A stretch of 64,000 nt of DNA, taken from NCBI RefSeq assembly GCF_023055435.1, contig NW_025963879.1, positions 23,870,001 to 23,934,000 on the forward strand. The letters are read 5' to 3'. Below the pieces are notes generated by a model. That model saw nothing but the letters and a program-made list of their open reading frames with translations. It was not told the origin of the DNA and searched no databases. Origin of the DNA: Haliotis rufescens. Lineage: Eukaryota. Below are positions 25,197 to 38,196 of this stretch, one piece after another (position 1 is the stretch's first letter; each line of letters opens with the position of its first letter). Made by a program: the position numbers and the translations under genes.

Positions 25197-27552
25197 TCAC
25201 TTACATGTAAATACCTTCACCGAATCTGGTCTACACAGGTACATGCGGCCACGCCCACCAACACACACTCCACGTGGACTCTGGACACCATCCTGTGATG
25301 TCAGCATGTTTCTAACAAACTGTCCTGACTCAGTCAGATGGAGGACTCTGTGTAGAGAGTAGTCTGTCACCAGGATGTCACCTGTGCTGGTGCTTGTGAT
25401 ACCAAGTGGATACTTCATTGATGTGTCTCCTGTAGGGCTGTAGGTGAAGACCTCATCTCCCTCGGGAGTCAGACACACGACACACTTGGATCCACTGTCA
25501 CACACCAGGATGTTTCCTGTCCTCGTGGTACAGAGGTAGCGGGGATTCTTCAAGATGTATCTACTAGGTTGTCCTGGACAAATTGACCTCAGCACGTGTC
25601 CCGTCATACCCAGGATATCAACACAAGGAGGGGAGATGGAACTTGCTGCTAGTGTTGATGGTGTCAGAGACGTTATACCCAAGTACCGTTTGCTGGTTGT
25701 GATGGTTGACAGCAGCACTAGGTCAGGGTTGACTTGTACTGTTACAATCTGACTGGAACCCGGCACAGTGACAGCCACCTGGTTGTCCTTCAACATTGTT
25801 ATACCCCACGGAGCACCACCCAGACTGAGCCTGCTGTGACATGGCTTCTTGTTCCTGGTGTAGAAGGACTTCACACTGTTGTTGTTGTTGTCTGTGACTA
25901 CCACTGTGTCTGTACCATTCACCACAAACACCTTCACGTCATTGGGGCATGCTCCATGTGTATCTCCTGCTACTCTGACGTTAATGGTGTCCTGTAACAC
26001 AGGAGTAGCCTTCAGGTCCAGCACGTTAATGGTGTCCTGTAACACAGGAGTAGCCTTCAGGTCCAGCACACCCAGCTGTGTGAGACGTCTATCTCACCCA
26101 GCTGTAGATCGTCCAGTGCTCTACTCAGCTTGTCCGTGTCCTGTCTGAACATGATCCTGGCTATTCCCCCCTTCTCTTTTAGCTCTGCGACTCCGACAGC
26201 CTCCACATCACCGGCCTCACATCCCTGGTACATCTCATACACACCCATGTCACACTCAGATTGTAGAGTTTGGTCTATCAGCTCAGCCTGTTGTTTGTAC
26301 ATCTGTACTGACATCTCACCTGACTTTATGTCTGCTTTCAGTTCTCCAATGTGTCTGCCAGACATTTCTTTCAGTTCAGCCAAAAGTTTCCGTTCCTTGA
26401 CTTTGATCGCCTCTATTGCTTTGAGACCTGCAGACTTGATATTCGATTCTATTTGTAAGTAAAGCGTTAATGCGTCATCGACTTTGGAGGTTTGTGTTCT
26501 TACATGTGTTTTCATCTCGTTGTGTTTCTTCAACAAATCCTCTTTATTCTTTCTCAGCTCGGTTTTCATTGCAGGAATCTCAGACTCAATTTCAACAACC
26601 AAGTCACATTTCCTGTGATGAATAATGCAGCATGTTTGAGAAACAGCTGTTTGACAATCTTTACAAATATATTTGATATTCTCATCTTTGTGAATTTTAT
26701 ACATGACCTTTCTATTGACCCTAACCTTTGTCTCACCAGACAGGTCAACTACGTCATGGTGTCGGGAAGATGGAATTCGTTTGTGTACTCGAATACATCG
26801 TTCACAGAGTGCGTCGTCACAAACAGAGCACCAAGTTGTAGCTGGAGTTGTCTCCCCTTCCTCCTTGCAATAACTACAGTGAGTCGTATCTGAAATAGGA
26901 ATCGATTCATGTAGAGAGATTAACAGTTCTATATCACTATCTATTACAGAACTTGATGTGACATACCACTCACACGGGTAAGACAACATGCATCAGTAAC
27001 ATTCCAATACGTAGGAAAGTGAAATATTATGTAAATAATGTTGGATTTGTCTCACTGATAGAAATCGCCATATAGATATAGATCTCAGAAAAAACAGCGA
27101 TTGTTTCTGAGATAGACCTTAGACCATCTCCCTTTCGAATCATGTCTGGATAATCATACAAAATATCTTCTCACTCAACACACATTCCTATAATCCAGTC
27201 AGGTGTGGAGTTGCCTGCTTAGAAGTAACATTTATATTCATACAAACCACAAACTCTCACCTTTAGATCCGGGGCCAAACGAGTCCAAGAGTCCCTGGAT
27301 GACAAAGCTAGGCTTGACGTCATCCGCCCACTCCTCCACTGGTCTCTCAGGGGCAGACACTTTCGTCATCTTGCTGCAGAATGGACACAGGAGAGACTTG
27401 GCACTGGTGGCTTCTGGTCTGGTTTTGGTGTAGGTGATGACACATTTCCGACAGAAGGTGTGATTACATACAAGTGTACAGGGCTTGTCAAACACCTCTG
27501 TACATATGGTGCATGTCAGGAAGTGTTCTGTTAACTTGTGGGAGGTCGCCAT
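25197..27552 (-). pseudogene. TRIM-NHL copy 2, frameshifted before the NHL domain (predicted 374-aa product)
   Basis: Exons 27552-27261 and 26889-25197. A +2 frameshift at ~26074-26083 gives a stop at 26057. B-box2 has Cys->Tyr (VMYKIH) and Cys->Ser (AVSQTC). The NHL frame 26069-25197 is still open. Confidence 0.85.
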
Positions 27553-27622
27553 CTCACCTACACAAAGATCAACCAGCCGTTGTATTTCCGGTGTACACAA
27601 AAGACAAATTTTAGCCACAATC

Positions 27623-27943
27623 TGACTGGTAGAGCGTCCACCCGGAGAGCCGAAGGTCCGGGGTTCGATCCCCGCCCGCGTCACACAGAAAGACGTTAAA
27701 AGATGGTACTTGTTGTTACCCTGTCTGGCGCCCGGCATTAAGGGTGTAAAACAAGGACTGGTCGACTCGGAGTCAGTATACTGTGTCTGAGTGGGGTATT
27801 CATGTTAAACTGCGGCATGGTATCTCAGTGAGCTAGCACTATAAATCGGCATCAGTCACACAAACACACACGTACGCACATGCATGTCGCTATATCAGTG
27901 CAATAATCTTGAACGTGACGTTAAACCCCATTTTACCTCACCT
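27623..27943 (+). mobile_element. tRNA-derived SINE (MetaSINE-like core) in the TRIM 5' intron, unit 2
   Basis: tggtagagcg A box; ggggttcgatcccc B box; core aaagacgttaaaagatggtacttg...cagtgagctagcactataaa; TSD cacaatc. Confidence 0.75.
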
Positions 27944-28108
27944 CACAATCCGAGCGTGCAGTTCTTGAACACTGACACTAAGACCGACTGTAGTAGGGGG
28001 ACTTATTTACTGTCCCGTTCAAAACTAAGAAAGGGTATATTGTATCCACCCATTCACCGACTGGATCGTCCAGATCTTGAAACAATTAACAAATATCCCG
28101 TTTCATAA

Positions 28109-28355
28109 GACCCATGAAGATTTGGGGTAGAATAGATCTTCAGCAACCTGTGCTTGCAGTCAAAGGCAACTGTGCTTGTCGTAAGAGGCGACTAACGGCA
28201 TCGGGTGGTTTATGCATGTCATCATATCCCAATTGTGTGGATCAACGCTCATTATGTCAATCACTGGATTGTCTGGTCCAGACTCGATTATTTACAGACC
28301 GCCGTCATACAGCTGGAATATTGCTGAGTGCGGCCTTAAACAACAAACAAACAAA
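28109..28355 (+). mobile_element. SINE family A, unit 2
   Basis: Matches 11251-11515. Confidence 0.8.
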
Positions 28356-28453
28356 AGAAAAGTTATCTCAGATGTATGCATTTCTTATGAACAACCTAAC
28401 ATCCAGCTCTAATAGTGTGTATATATGTGTGTCTGTCTGTGTGGTGTGTGCGT

Positions 28454-28455
<2 letters not shown>

Positions 28456-28519
<64 letters not shown>
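28456..28519. repeat. (CT)n microsatellite
   Basis: Directly visible; same locus at 44477-44545, 53147-53222 and 60354-60423. Confidence 0.95.
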
Positions 28520-28523
<4 letters not shown>

Positions 28524-28920
28524 CATTGTGCAGGTGCATTTACAACATGAAGTGCGTGCACTTGTGAACCGTGTGCAGTGTATCGATCACGTGACATAGT
28601 TATGGGGTGACACCAACTCATTACCATATCGAAAGTAGGAGACATTATTACAGTTCACATAATGGTGTTACCAGTAAACAGTAGGACAGGTGTGTAGCGT
28701 TATAATTGAAGTAGACGCAAGCCTTGTGACAACACACTTACCTGAGACAAGCAGATAACCGCTGTGGAGGGAAATTGAGCTACCGTCAGTTTCGTTACCA
28801 ACTCGTGTCAAAGTAGGACAAGCTGCTTGCAGGTCACAGAAATAGGGGCGAGTGGAGGCGAATGGGCGTTTTGTATTTGTTCTAAATACACTGGGTCTAG
28901 ATTCGATTATTAGATTACGT

Positions 28921-30215
28921 GTTAGCGGTCATTAAAAAAAAAGAAAAACACAAGAAAACAAAAGTCTTTACGGCCATTTGTCATGCCACGCCTTTCAAAT
29001 GTGCAACGTGAACGTGCCAACGGCATGTTGCAGACGGGAACGTCCGTAGCTGAAGTCGCAAGGACGATGGGTTGTAGTCCTGTTTATGATTTACAGACGC
29101 GTCTACAGCAAACGGGTACCACCGCTGATCGCCCTCGGCCAGGTCTACCACGTGTAACGTCACATGCAGAGGATCGTCAGATTGTCTTACGTCACCTCTG
29201 TAACCGATTTTTGACGGCTACATCAACAAGAAACGAACTGTTTAGGGGTAGACTGAGTGCGCAAACCGAAACTGTTCGAAACCGTCTGAGAACTGCTCAT
29301 CTTCAAGCACGACGGCCATACTGTGGGCCGATTCTGACTCAATTACACAGACGTCAACGTCAATTGTTGGCACAGTGACACTTACGATGGACTCTGAGGA
29401 ATCAGGAATCAAGTCGTCTTCAGTAATGAATCCCGATTTAATCTTCGATTTGCTGATGGTAGGGCGAGGATGTGGAGGCGCCGTCATGAACGTTACGCCC
29501 AGTGTTGTGTACAGGAAGTTGACAGATTTCGAGGCGGAAGTGTCATGGTGTGGGGTGCTTTCTGTGGCAATGCACGTTCCAGGTTTCTTGACATCCGTGG
29601 CAACCTCATCGCTGCTGCTTGCCGCGACCGGGTACTAGCACCAGAACTTCTGCCTTTAATGGCAGCACATGGACCCGGTTTGATCTTCCAACACGACAAT
29701 GCCAGACCCCACACAGCACTCTTGACAAGGAATTTCCTTCAGAATGCGGGAGTCAACGTCATGGACTGGCCGTCAAGGTCTCCCGACCTCAATCACATCG
29801 AACACGTCTGGGATGCTCTTGGCAGAAGTCTGCGCACTCTCTAGAACCAACCACAGAATTTGCGACATCTTGGCACCATTTTGCAGCAACAATGGCGTCG
29901 TCTTCCCAATCATGTGTTCACAAGCATCACAAGGTCCATGCGGAGGCATTGTGTGGCAGTTGTCAACGCACATGGTGGCCATACACGCTACTGAACTTGT
30001 GTGCCAACAGATTCTCGTGCTTGGGACTTGATTTAAACTGTTGATGTTATTACCAAATACCGTAGGTGCTTGGAACAAATTATGGTTACCTTCGTTAATT
30101 AAAATCCTTCTTTTGACATTAATGATAAACAATTACCTTCTCTGATACATTTGTCCGTTGTATATTATATATGGGATTACTTTTAAAAATGTCTAAGTTT
30201 TTAATTAAACTGGCT
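28921..30215 (+). mobile_element. Tc1 (DD34E) transposon, defective, unit 2
   Basis: MPRLSNVQRERANGML..PRPGLPRVTS; VFSNESRF (first catalytic D->N); GGSVMVWG; FQHDNARPH..WPSRSPDLNHIE with 34 residues between D and E. Stop at 29376 and a +1 frameshift; 5' end deleted. Confidence 0.9.
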
Positions 30216-32950
30216 TCACAAAACATCGCATCACGATATATTACCCTTAGACCACTCAGTTCCAGAGTGAATTTGGCAATTCCTCCCATCAACGAGAGAG
30301 CTATTGGTTCTGTGATTCACAACACGTCACAGTTTAGTAAATTTAGCAAAAGAATTACTGTAACTAATGCTTAGCAGCCGTTGGGACCATCTGATCACCA
30401 ATTTAGTCACCTTCTATGACGTACAGAAATCAGGCGACAGAATTTAAGTAACATTCTAGACTCGTTTGTCTGTTTTCGTGTTCCACGACATATGATCCGC
30501 CTATCTAAGTCTGACTTGACTCTCCTGGACCTGATTCCCCGGCAGGACACGTGGCAGAACAGAGGAACTTCCATCTGCATCAGTGTCGTCGGAATAACGT
30601 CTTTGAAACTGTAACAAAACAGTGTTGCTCATTTGTGTTTTCCAGCGTGACGAGCAAGGATTAGTGTCTTGTAAAAATATTCATCATACACATACATATC
30701 TCACAACATCTAGAAATAGCTCCTTAACAAACTGAAATTATGATTACAAACATGTCACATGGATTTATTTTCAGATATAATTCCATATAATATAAATATA
30801 TAATTTATAGAATCCACACACGTTCAAAATGAGTACGGTCAATATTAAAAATTCTATCAAAATTCAATATAAAATTCAGATGTGTTCTACTGTGCGATGT
30901 GTTCACGTTACATTCACAAAACCAGTATGTGAACAGCTGTATCTGGCTATTTAGATTACATATAAATTGTGCAAACAATTATACACCTTGTCCAACTGGA
31001 TATCTATTCATATCATTAAAATAGTAAGGCTTGGGTGAGAGATTAAATACTTAAGAAATAAGTGGGAGTTGTTTATCGTACAATAAAAAACTGCAGGGAG
31101 AATAAACCATGTGGCAAAAACGAGTGGTCAAAAGTTTGGTTCAGTTGCTGGAAAGGTGTTCAGTTCTTAAGAAAAGCAAGTCATTAACTATTTAATACTT
31201 AGTACTTATCTTAAAGTATGAATTCAGTCTTAAATTATTACATCAGTGCAATCCAGCAGAACGTAGGATGTACTTATGGACCAAATTAAAAATATCTAAA
31301 CATATCTCAGTTCTAACCTCTCGTATCAAATGCGTATCTGTAGGACTCTCGTTTTAAAACTTTATCCGCGTTGAACCATCAGTCTACAATATCAAACGAC
31401 AAACGTTTCATAAACCTTAGCAAAAAATGTAGATTCTTTTCTTAAACTGTGGACTCAATTAATTTCAGGGCTCACAGATACTGTGCATACAGTAGATTCT
31501 CAACTTTAAGTCCGGTTTATTAAGGACGTCCCAAGAACGAGGCTGCCAACCCCCATTTTGGTAAGTGGGATTTAGGGGTCTATTTAGAGAATATTCGGTA
31601 CTCAGCGATGTGGACTCCTAGAAGATCGTATTTGGTATGCAGGTTCAACATTTATTCCAAAACATTGGTGTACGCAAATATTTTCTTCATATATTTCTTT
31701 TATATTATTTTTCAGTAATTTTACTTGAAATCGCACCCTTTTCCCTATGCTTTTGAGATTTGTGACGAGTAGTATTCTGGTTTCAGGAATAAGAAAATGA
31801 GACTGTAAACGTTATTCGGGACTCAGAAGAGGATGGGGTTGGCACCCTAAAAATGTAGAAAGGTTCATCCACGTAACCTTGTCTGGCCCGGAAAGATTAG
31901 TGACCTGGAATCCCCACGGAATATGTTGATATACTTCCAGCTTGTTCAGGTAAACCCAGTCTTGGCAGAGCTGTATAAGGCGTTGAACAATGGGGCAAAT
32001 GTCCATGTTCTTGTTTCAATACCCAAAATACTTCAAACTAGTTTCTAAAAACATCCTTAATAAACGTGGGACGCTGTTCTTACTATCAATCATAGGTTTG
32101 TCTGGTCATAGCTCGAATATTGCAGAGTGCGGCGGAAAACTACAAGCAGCCTATTGATTGATGTCCTGGCTCCACCACTTGGTTGATACAGTGTCATCGT
32201 GACCAAACGACTTTGGATGTTGCTCGTGATGTCAATCACTGGTTTCTCCCGTCCATACTCGATTATTTACCGTCATATATATGTAGCTTGAATATTGCAG
32301 CGTTGACCAACATAGAATTACATTGGATTCATTTATTTGTAACACACATAAACGGCACACTCTGTGATAAAATGTCCATGGCTTCAAGTGCGTTTTCACT
32401 GCATTTTATGGCGCTTCAAAGATATTCCATCACGATTTATCACCCATAGACCGATCAACGGCCAAGTGAATGTATCACGTCCTCGCTGCAGGAACGGGAG
32501 AGCAATCGGTTCTGTGTTTCATAACGCGAAACAGTTCAGTAAAGCTACCAAAACAATTAGTACATTTAATGTATATATCTATATACATCTATATCATATC
32601 ATACTCATATTTCACGTATATCCGTCCCATCTTCTGCTTATTGTCCTCAGCATAGCAAGCAAGGATTACTGTCATGTAAATATCCATCCTACACCGCCAT
32701 AGCTCACACCACCTCTAGTTATAACACAGAAGGATTAGCTCCATGTCTTGCTACTCAGATAACACATAAAATGTTTACACAAGTTAAATCTTCATTCACA
32801 ATTCATTCAACGCAAATGTAGAATGTGATTTTACCAAATACAGTGAAATGTGCTTACAGTTAAATACACAATGACACATATCACTGCACATAAATCCCCC
32901 AACAAAGACGTGACTATAGTTTATTGACAGGAGACTTGTGACATGTTCAC

Positions 32951-35392
32951 TCACTTACATGTAAATACCTTCACCGAATCTGGTCTACACAGGTACATGC
33001 GGCCACGCCCACCAACACACACTCCACGTGGATACTGGACACCATCCTGTGATGTCAGCATGTTTCTAACAAACTGTCCTGACTCAGTCAGATGGAGGAC
33101 TCTGTGTAGATGGTGGTCTGTCACCAGGATGTCGCCTGTGCTGGTGCTGGTGATACCAAGTTGATTCTTCAGTGCTGTGTCCCGTGTAGGGCTGTAGGTG
33201 AACACCACGTCTCCCTCGGGAGTCAGACACACGACACACGTGGATCCACTGAAAGACACCAGGATGTGTCCTGTCCTCGTGGTACAGAGGAAGAAGGGAT
33301 ACTCCAAGATGCATCTACTAGGTTGGTCTGGACAAATTGACCTCAGCACGTGTCCCGCCATATCCAGGATATCAACACAGAGAGGGGAGTCGGAACTTGC
33401 TGCTAGTGTTGATGGTGTCAGAGACGTTATACCCAAGTACTCTTTGCTGGTTGTGATGGTTGACAGCAGCACCAGGTCAGGGTTGACTTGTACTGTTACA
33501 ATCTGTCTGGAACCCGGCACAGTGACAGCCACCTGGTTGTCCTTCAACTTTGTTATACCCCGCGGACGACCACCCAGATTGAGCCTGCTGTGACCTGGCT
33601 GCTTGTTCCTGGTGTAGAAGGATTTCACACTGTCGTTGCTATAGTCTGTGACTACCACTGTGTCTGTACCATTCACCACAAACACCTTCACGTCATTGGG
33701 GCATGCCCCAGATGTATCTCCTGCTACTCTGACGTTAATGGTGTCCTGTAACACAGGAGTAGCCTTCAGGTCCAGCACGTTAATGGTGTCCTGTAACACA
33801 GGAGTAGCCTTCAGGTCCAGCACACCCTCATACAGGACGTCTATCTCACCCAGCTGTAGATCGTCCAGTGCTCTACTCAGCTTGTCCGTGTCCTGTCTGA
33901 ACATGATCCTGGCTATTCTTCCCTTCTCCTTCACGTCTGCGACTCCGACAGCCTCCACATCACCGGCCTCACATCCCTGGTACATCTCATACACACCCAT
34001 GTCACACTCAGATTGTAGAGTCTGGTCTATCAGCTCAGCCTGTTGTTTGTACATCTGTACTGATATCTCACCTGACTTTATGTCTGCCTTCAGTTCTCCA
34101 ATGTGTTTGTCAGACATTTCTTTCAGTTCAGCCAAAAGTTTCCGTTCCTTGACTTTGATCATCTTTATTGCTTTGAGACTTGCAGACTTGATATTCGATT
34201 CTATTCGTACGCAAAGTGTTAATGCTTCATTGACTTTGGAGTTTTGTTTACCAATATGTGTTTTCATCTCGTCCTGTTTCTTCAACAAATCCTCTTTATT
34301 CCTTCTTAACTCGGTTTTCATTGCAGGAATCTCAGACTCAATTTCAACAACCAAGTCACATTTCCTGTGATGGATAGTGCAGCATGTTTGACAAACAGCT
34401 TTTTTACAATCTTTACAAATATATTTGATATTCTGATCCTTGTGAACTTTACACATGACCTTTCTCTTGACCCTAACCTTTGTCTCTCCAAACAGGTCAA
34501 CTACGTCATGGTGACGGGAAGATGGAATTCGTCTGTGTACTCGAATACATCGTTCACAGAGTGCGTCGTCACAAACAGAGCACCAAGATGTAGCCGGAGT
34601 TGTCTCCCCTTCCTCCTTGCAATAACTGCAGTGAGTCGTATCTGAAATAGGAATGTAATCATGTAGAGATAGTAACAGTTCTATATCACTACCTACTACA
34701 GAACTTCATGTGGCATATCACTCGCACGTGTGAGACAACATGCATCAATAACATCCCAATACGACGTAATGTAAAAAAGTATGTAAATAACGTTGGATTT
34801 GTCTCACTGATAGAAATCGCCATATAGATTTCAGAAAAACCAGCGATTGTGTCTGAGATAGACCTGAGACCATCTCCCTTTCGAATCATGTCCGGATAAT
34901 CGTTGTTACTTGTTAAAACAGTGTACACGATACGATTTCATAGTCTACATACAGCCTACAAACAACTTAATAAATGACTTTCGATATATTTTGAAACCAT
35001 ACAAAATATCTTCTCACTCAACACACATTCCTATAATCCAGTCAGGTGTGGAGTTACCTGCATAGAAATAACATTCATATTCATACAAACCACAACCCAC
35101 CTTTAGACCCGGGGCCAAACGAGTCCAAAAGTCCCTGGATGACAAAGATAGGCTTGACGTCATCCGCCCACTCCTCCACTGGTCTCTCAGGGGCAGACAC
35201 TTTCGTCATCTTGCTGCAGAATGGACACAGGAGAGATTTGGCACTGATGGCTTCTGGTCTGGTTTTGGTGTAGTTGACGACACATTTCCGACAGAAGGTG
35301 TGATTACATACAAGTGTACAGGCCTTGTCAAACACCTCTGTACATATAGTGCATGTCAGGAAGTGTTCTGTTAACTTCTGGGAGGTCGCCAT
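32951..35392 (-). CDS. TRIM-NHL E3 ubiquitin ligase, copy 3, intact, 660 aa
   Basis: Exons 35392-35101 (donor gtgggt) and 34641-32951; open frame, zinc ligands retained. Confidence 0.9.
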
Positions 35393-36830
35393 CTTACCTA
35401 GAAAAAGACAAACCAGTCGTGTATTGCCTGTGTACAAAACATGCACGTCTTATCCACAACCCGAACTTGTTTCGATTCTACACATCTTGTAAGCCCCCGG
35501 CCTTTCCCGACTTTAGCATGGATACAGGGACCATTGAACTACTCATATAACACATTAATAATGTCGTCAGTTCATCAGGACATGTACTTCTCGAAATTCA
35601 TAACCAGTTTTGAACACATGAGGTGGTACCTAAGTAGTTTTGTTTCGTTGTTTGGTTGGTTTTAGTTTGCTTGCTGAAGTTGGAAAATAAGTAAAATATT
35701 GATGGCCTGACAGTACGCGTTTGTTATGCAATGTATGTCATGGTGACACCGAGAAGCCAGAAACAGTGGCCTCACGATGACGGAGGTTGGTGGTGCTTGT
35801 CAAATCAGTCACAGGCTGGCTTTACAACATGAGGTGTGTGCACTTGTGAACCGTGTGCAGTGTATCGATCACGTGACATAAATATGGGGTGACACCCACC
35901 TTTTACTATATCGAAAGTAGGAGACATTTTTACAGTTCACATACTACCATATCAGATGTGAAATAATACAGTTATGTGGAATTATGTTCCCGTATGGTTT
36001 ACTGAAGCATTTGTCAGGGATCATGTCAGTAATAACTGTAACAGACACACGTGATATATACATACACATACATCGGGATCGGTCTCAGTATTGAAGTCAA
36101 GTGGCCGATCAGAGTATTTAATGACTGTGGATCTTTGAATTATTCCGGTTAGCCTACATGTTATATTTAATTAGGTGCCCGGTCATGGGAATCTGCCTGG
36201 AGATGACTGTATAGTTAGATGAACCCTTGTGGTGTTACCAGTACACAGTAGGACAGGTGTGTAGCGTTATAACTGAAGTAGACGCAAGCCTTGTGACAAC
36301 ACACTTACCTGAGACAAGCAGATAACCGCTGTGGAGGGAAATTGAGCTACCGTGACTTTCGTTACCAACTCGTGTCATAGTAGGACAAACTGCTTGCAGG
36401 TCACAGAAATAGGGCCGAGTGGAGGCGAATGGGCGTTTTGTATTTGTTCTAAATACACTGGGTCTAGATTCGATTATTTAAAGGCCGCTTTCATGGAGCT
36501 GGAATAATCCTGAGTGCCGCGTAAACAACAAACAAACTTACAGACTGACATACAGCTGTAATATTGATGAGAGGAAAACTACAATTATTTACTCGAGAAT
36601 AAGTTACGATACTCACTTCTTGCGGGTTTCCTTCACCTGTTTAACATAATTATTTACCAACATACAGTGGCTAATATCTCTGTAAGCTGCTCGCAAACTA
36701 ATTCTTTCAAGCTCACTTGTTGGGTGCAATGTACAATAAGCACAAAGTCGTAAATGCTGTATCTTTCTGTACTTTGCATCAAGCATCGATAGCACAACAG
36801 TGATTACATGTTCGTGTTATCACACGCAAA

Positions 36831-38196
36831 CGTATATGTTCATTGGAATAATTAATGTGGAACATATATCGACAGCACGAACAGTGATGTCCATGTTTTC
36901 ACATACAACATTCATCCTTGAAGCATGAATACTGAACCAAATTAAAAACTTCACAATCCTAAAATTTTAACATTTTGACCAGTTATCATTGTTGGCCCTT
37001 ATTGTGTATTTAAACACTAATGGCCACGTATTGTCTTCAGGTAACACTCGTTTTTGTGCAGGTGAATCGATCAAAATCATGTGCACAGCACCATAGTGGA
37101 AAAAGTGTTTTTTCACGTGCAACTGGTCACGTGGCCATAACACCGCACGTCTTTTCAGCCATACTTGTTAGCAGTCATTAACACAAAAAAGAAAAACACA
37201 AGAAAACAAAAGTCTTTACGGCCATTTGTCATGCCACGCCTTTCAAATGTGCAACGTGAACGTGCCAACGGCATGTTGCAGACGGGAACGTCCGTGGCTG
37301 AAGTCGCAAGGACGATGGGTTGTAGTCCTGTTTATGATTTACAGACGCGTCTACAGCTAACGGGTACCACCGCTGATCGCCCTGGGCCAGGTCGACCACA
37401 TGTGACGTCACATGCAGAGGATCGTCAGATTGTCTTACGTCACCTCTGTAACCGATTTTTGACGGCTACATCAACCAGAAACGAACTGTTTAGGGGTAGA
37501 CTGAGTGCGCAAACCGAAACTGTTCGAAACCGTCTGAGAACTGCTCATCTTCAAGCACGACGGCCATACTGTGGGCCGATTCTGACTCAATTACACAGAC
37601 GTCAACGTCAATTGTTGGCACAGTGACACTTACGATGGACTCTGAGGAATTGGAATCAAGTCGTCTTCAGTAATGAATCCCGATTTAATCTTCGATTTGC
37701 TGATGGTAGGGCGAGGATGTGGAGGCGCCGTCATGAACGTTACGCCCAGTGTTGTGTACAGGAAGTTGACAGATTTCGAGGCGGAAGTGTCATGGTGTGG
37801 GGTGCTTTCTGTGGCAATGCACGTTCCAGGTTTCTTGTCATCCGCGGCAACCTCATCGCTGCTGCTTGCCGCGACCGGGTACTAGCACCAGAACTTCTGC
37901 CTTTAATGGCAGCACGGTTTGATCTTCCAACACGACAATGCCAGACCCCACACAGCATTTTTGACGCTACTGAACTTGTGTGCCAACAGATTCTCGTGCT
38001 TGGGACTTATGACTTAAACTGTTGATGTTATTACCAAATACCGTAGGTACTTGGAACAAATTATGATTACCTTCGTTAATTAAAATCCGTCTTTTGACAT
38101 TAATGATTAAAAATTACCTTCTCTGATACATTTGGCCGTTGTATATTATATATGGGATTACTTTTAAAAATGTCTAAGTTTTTAATTTGGCTGGCT
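36831..38196 (+). mobile_element. Tc1 transposon, defective, unit 3
   Basis: Same element with the 5' region retained and an ~260-bp deletion removing SPDLNxIE. Partial inverted repeat ccaaattaaaaactt (~36937) / aagtttttaatttgg (~38176). Confidence 0.88.

Noticed and set aside
25980-26069. 45-nt direct repeats as a CRISPR-like or DGR-like signal
   Set aside because: Adjacent in-frame duplication without spacers; no reverse transcriptase or template repeat seen; eukaryotic intron-containing context.
27623-27690. tRNA-like A/B boxes (also 6726, 6954, 12556, 43649, 52296, 59521)
   Set aside because: No complete cloverleaf; most are followed by SINE bodies, some with TSDs, so not tRNA genes.
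28114-28599. ORFs with SLSLSL/ERERER runs (also 44134, 53059, 53099, 60012)
   Set aside because: Translation of SINE plus (CT)n microsatellite.
28786-28800. ISRE-like cagtttcgttacc near the putative TRIM 5' exon
   Set aside because: Mismatch to the consensus and not conserved in all units; too short to support.
28983-29990. Active Tc1 transposase
   Set aside because: Stop codon, frameshift, first catalytic Asp->Asn and truncated termini; all copies are defective.
33648-34370. Long plus-strand ORFs antisense to TRIM exons (240 aa; also 18599-19120, 41816-42397, 50481-51062, 57630-58106)
   Set aside because: Shadow frames of the TRIM CDS; Ser-rich with no domain; lengths vary between copies.
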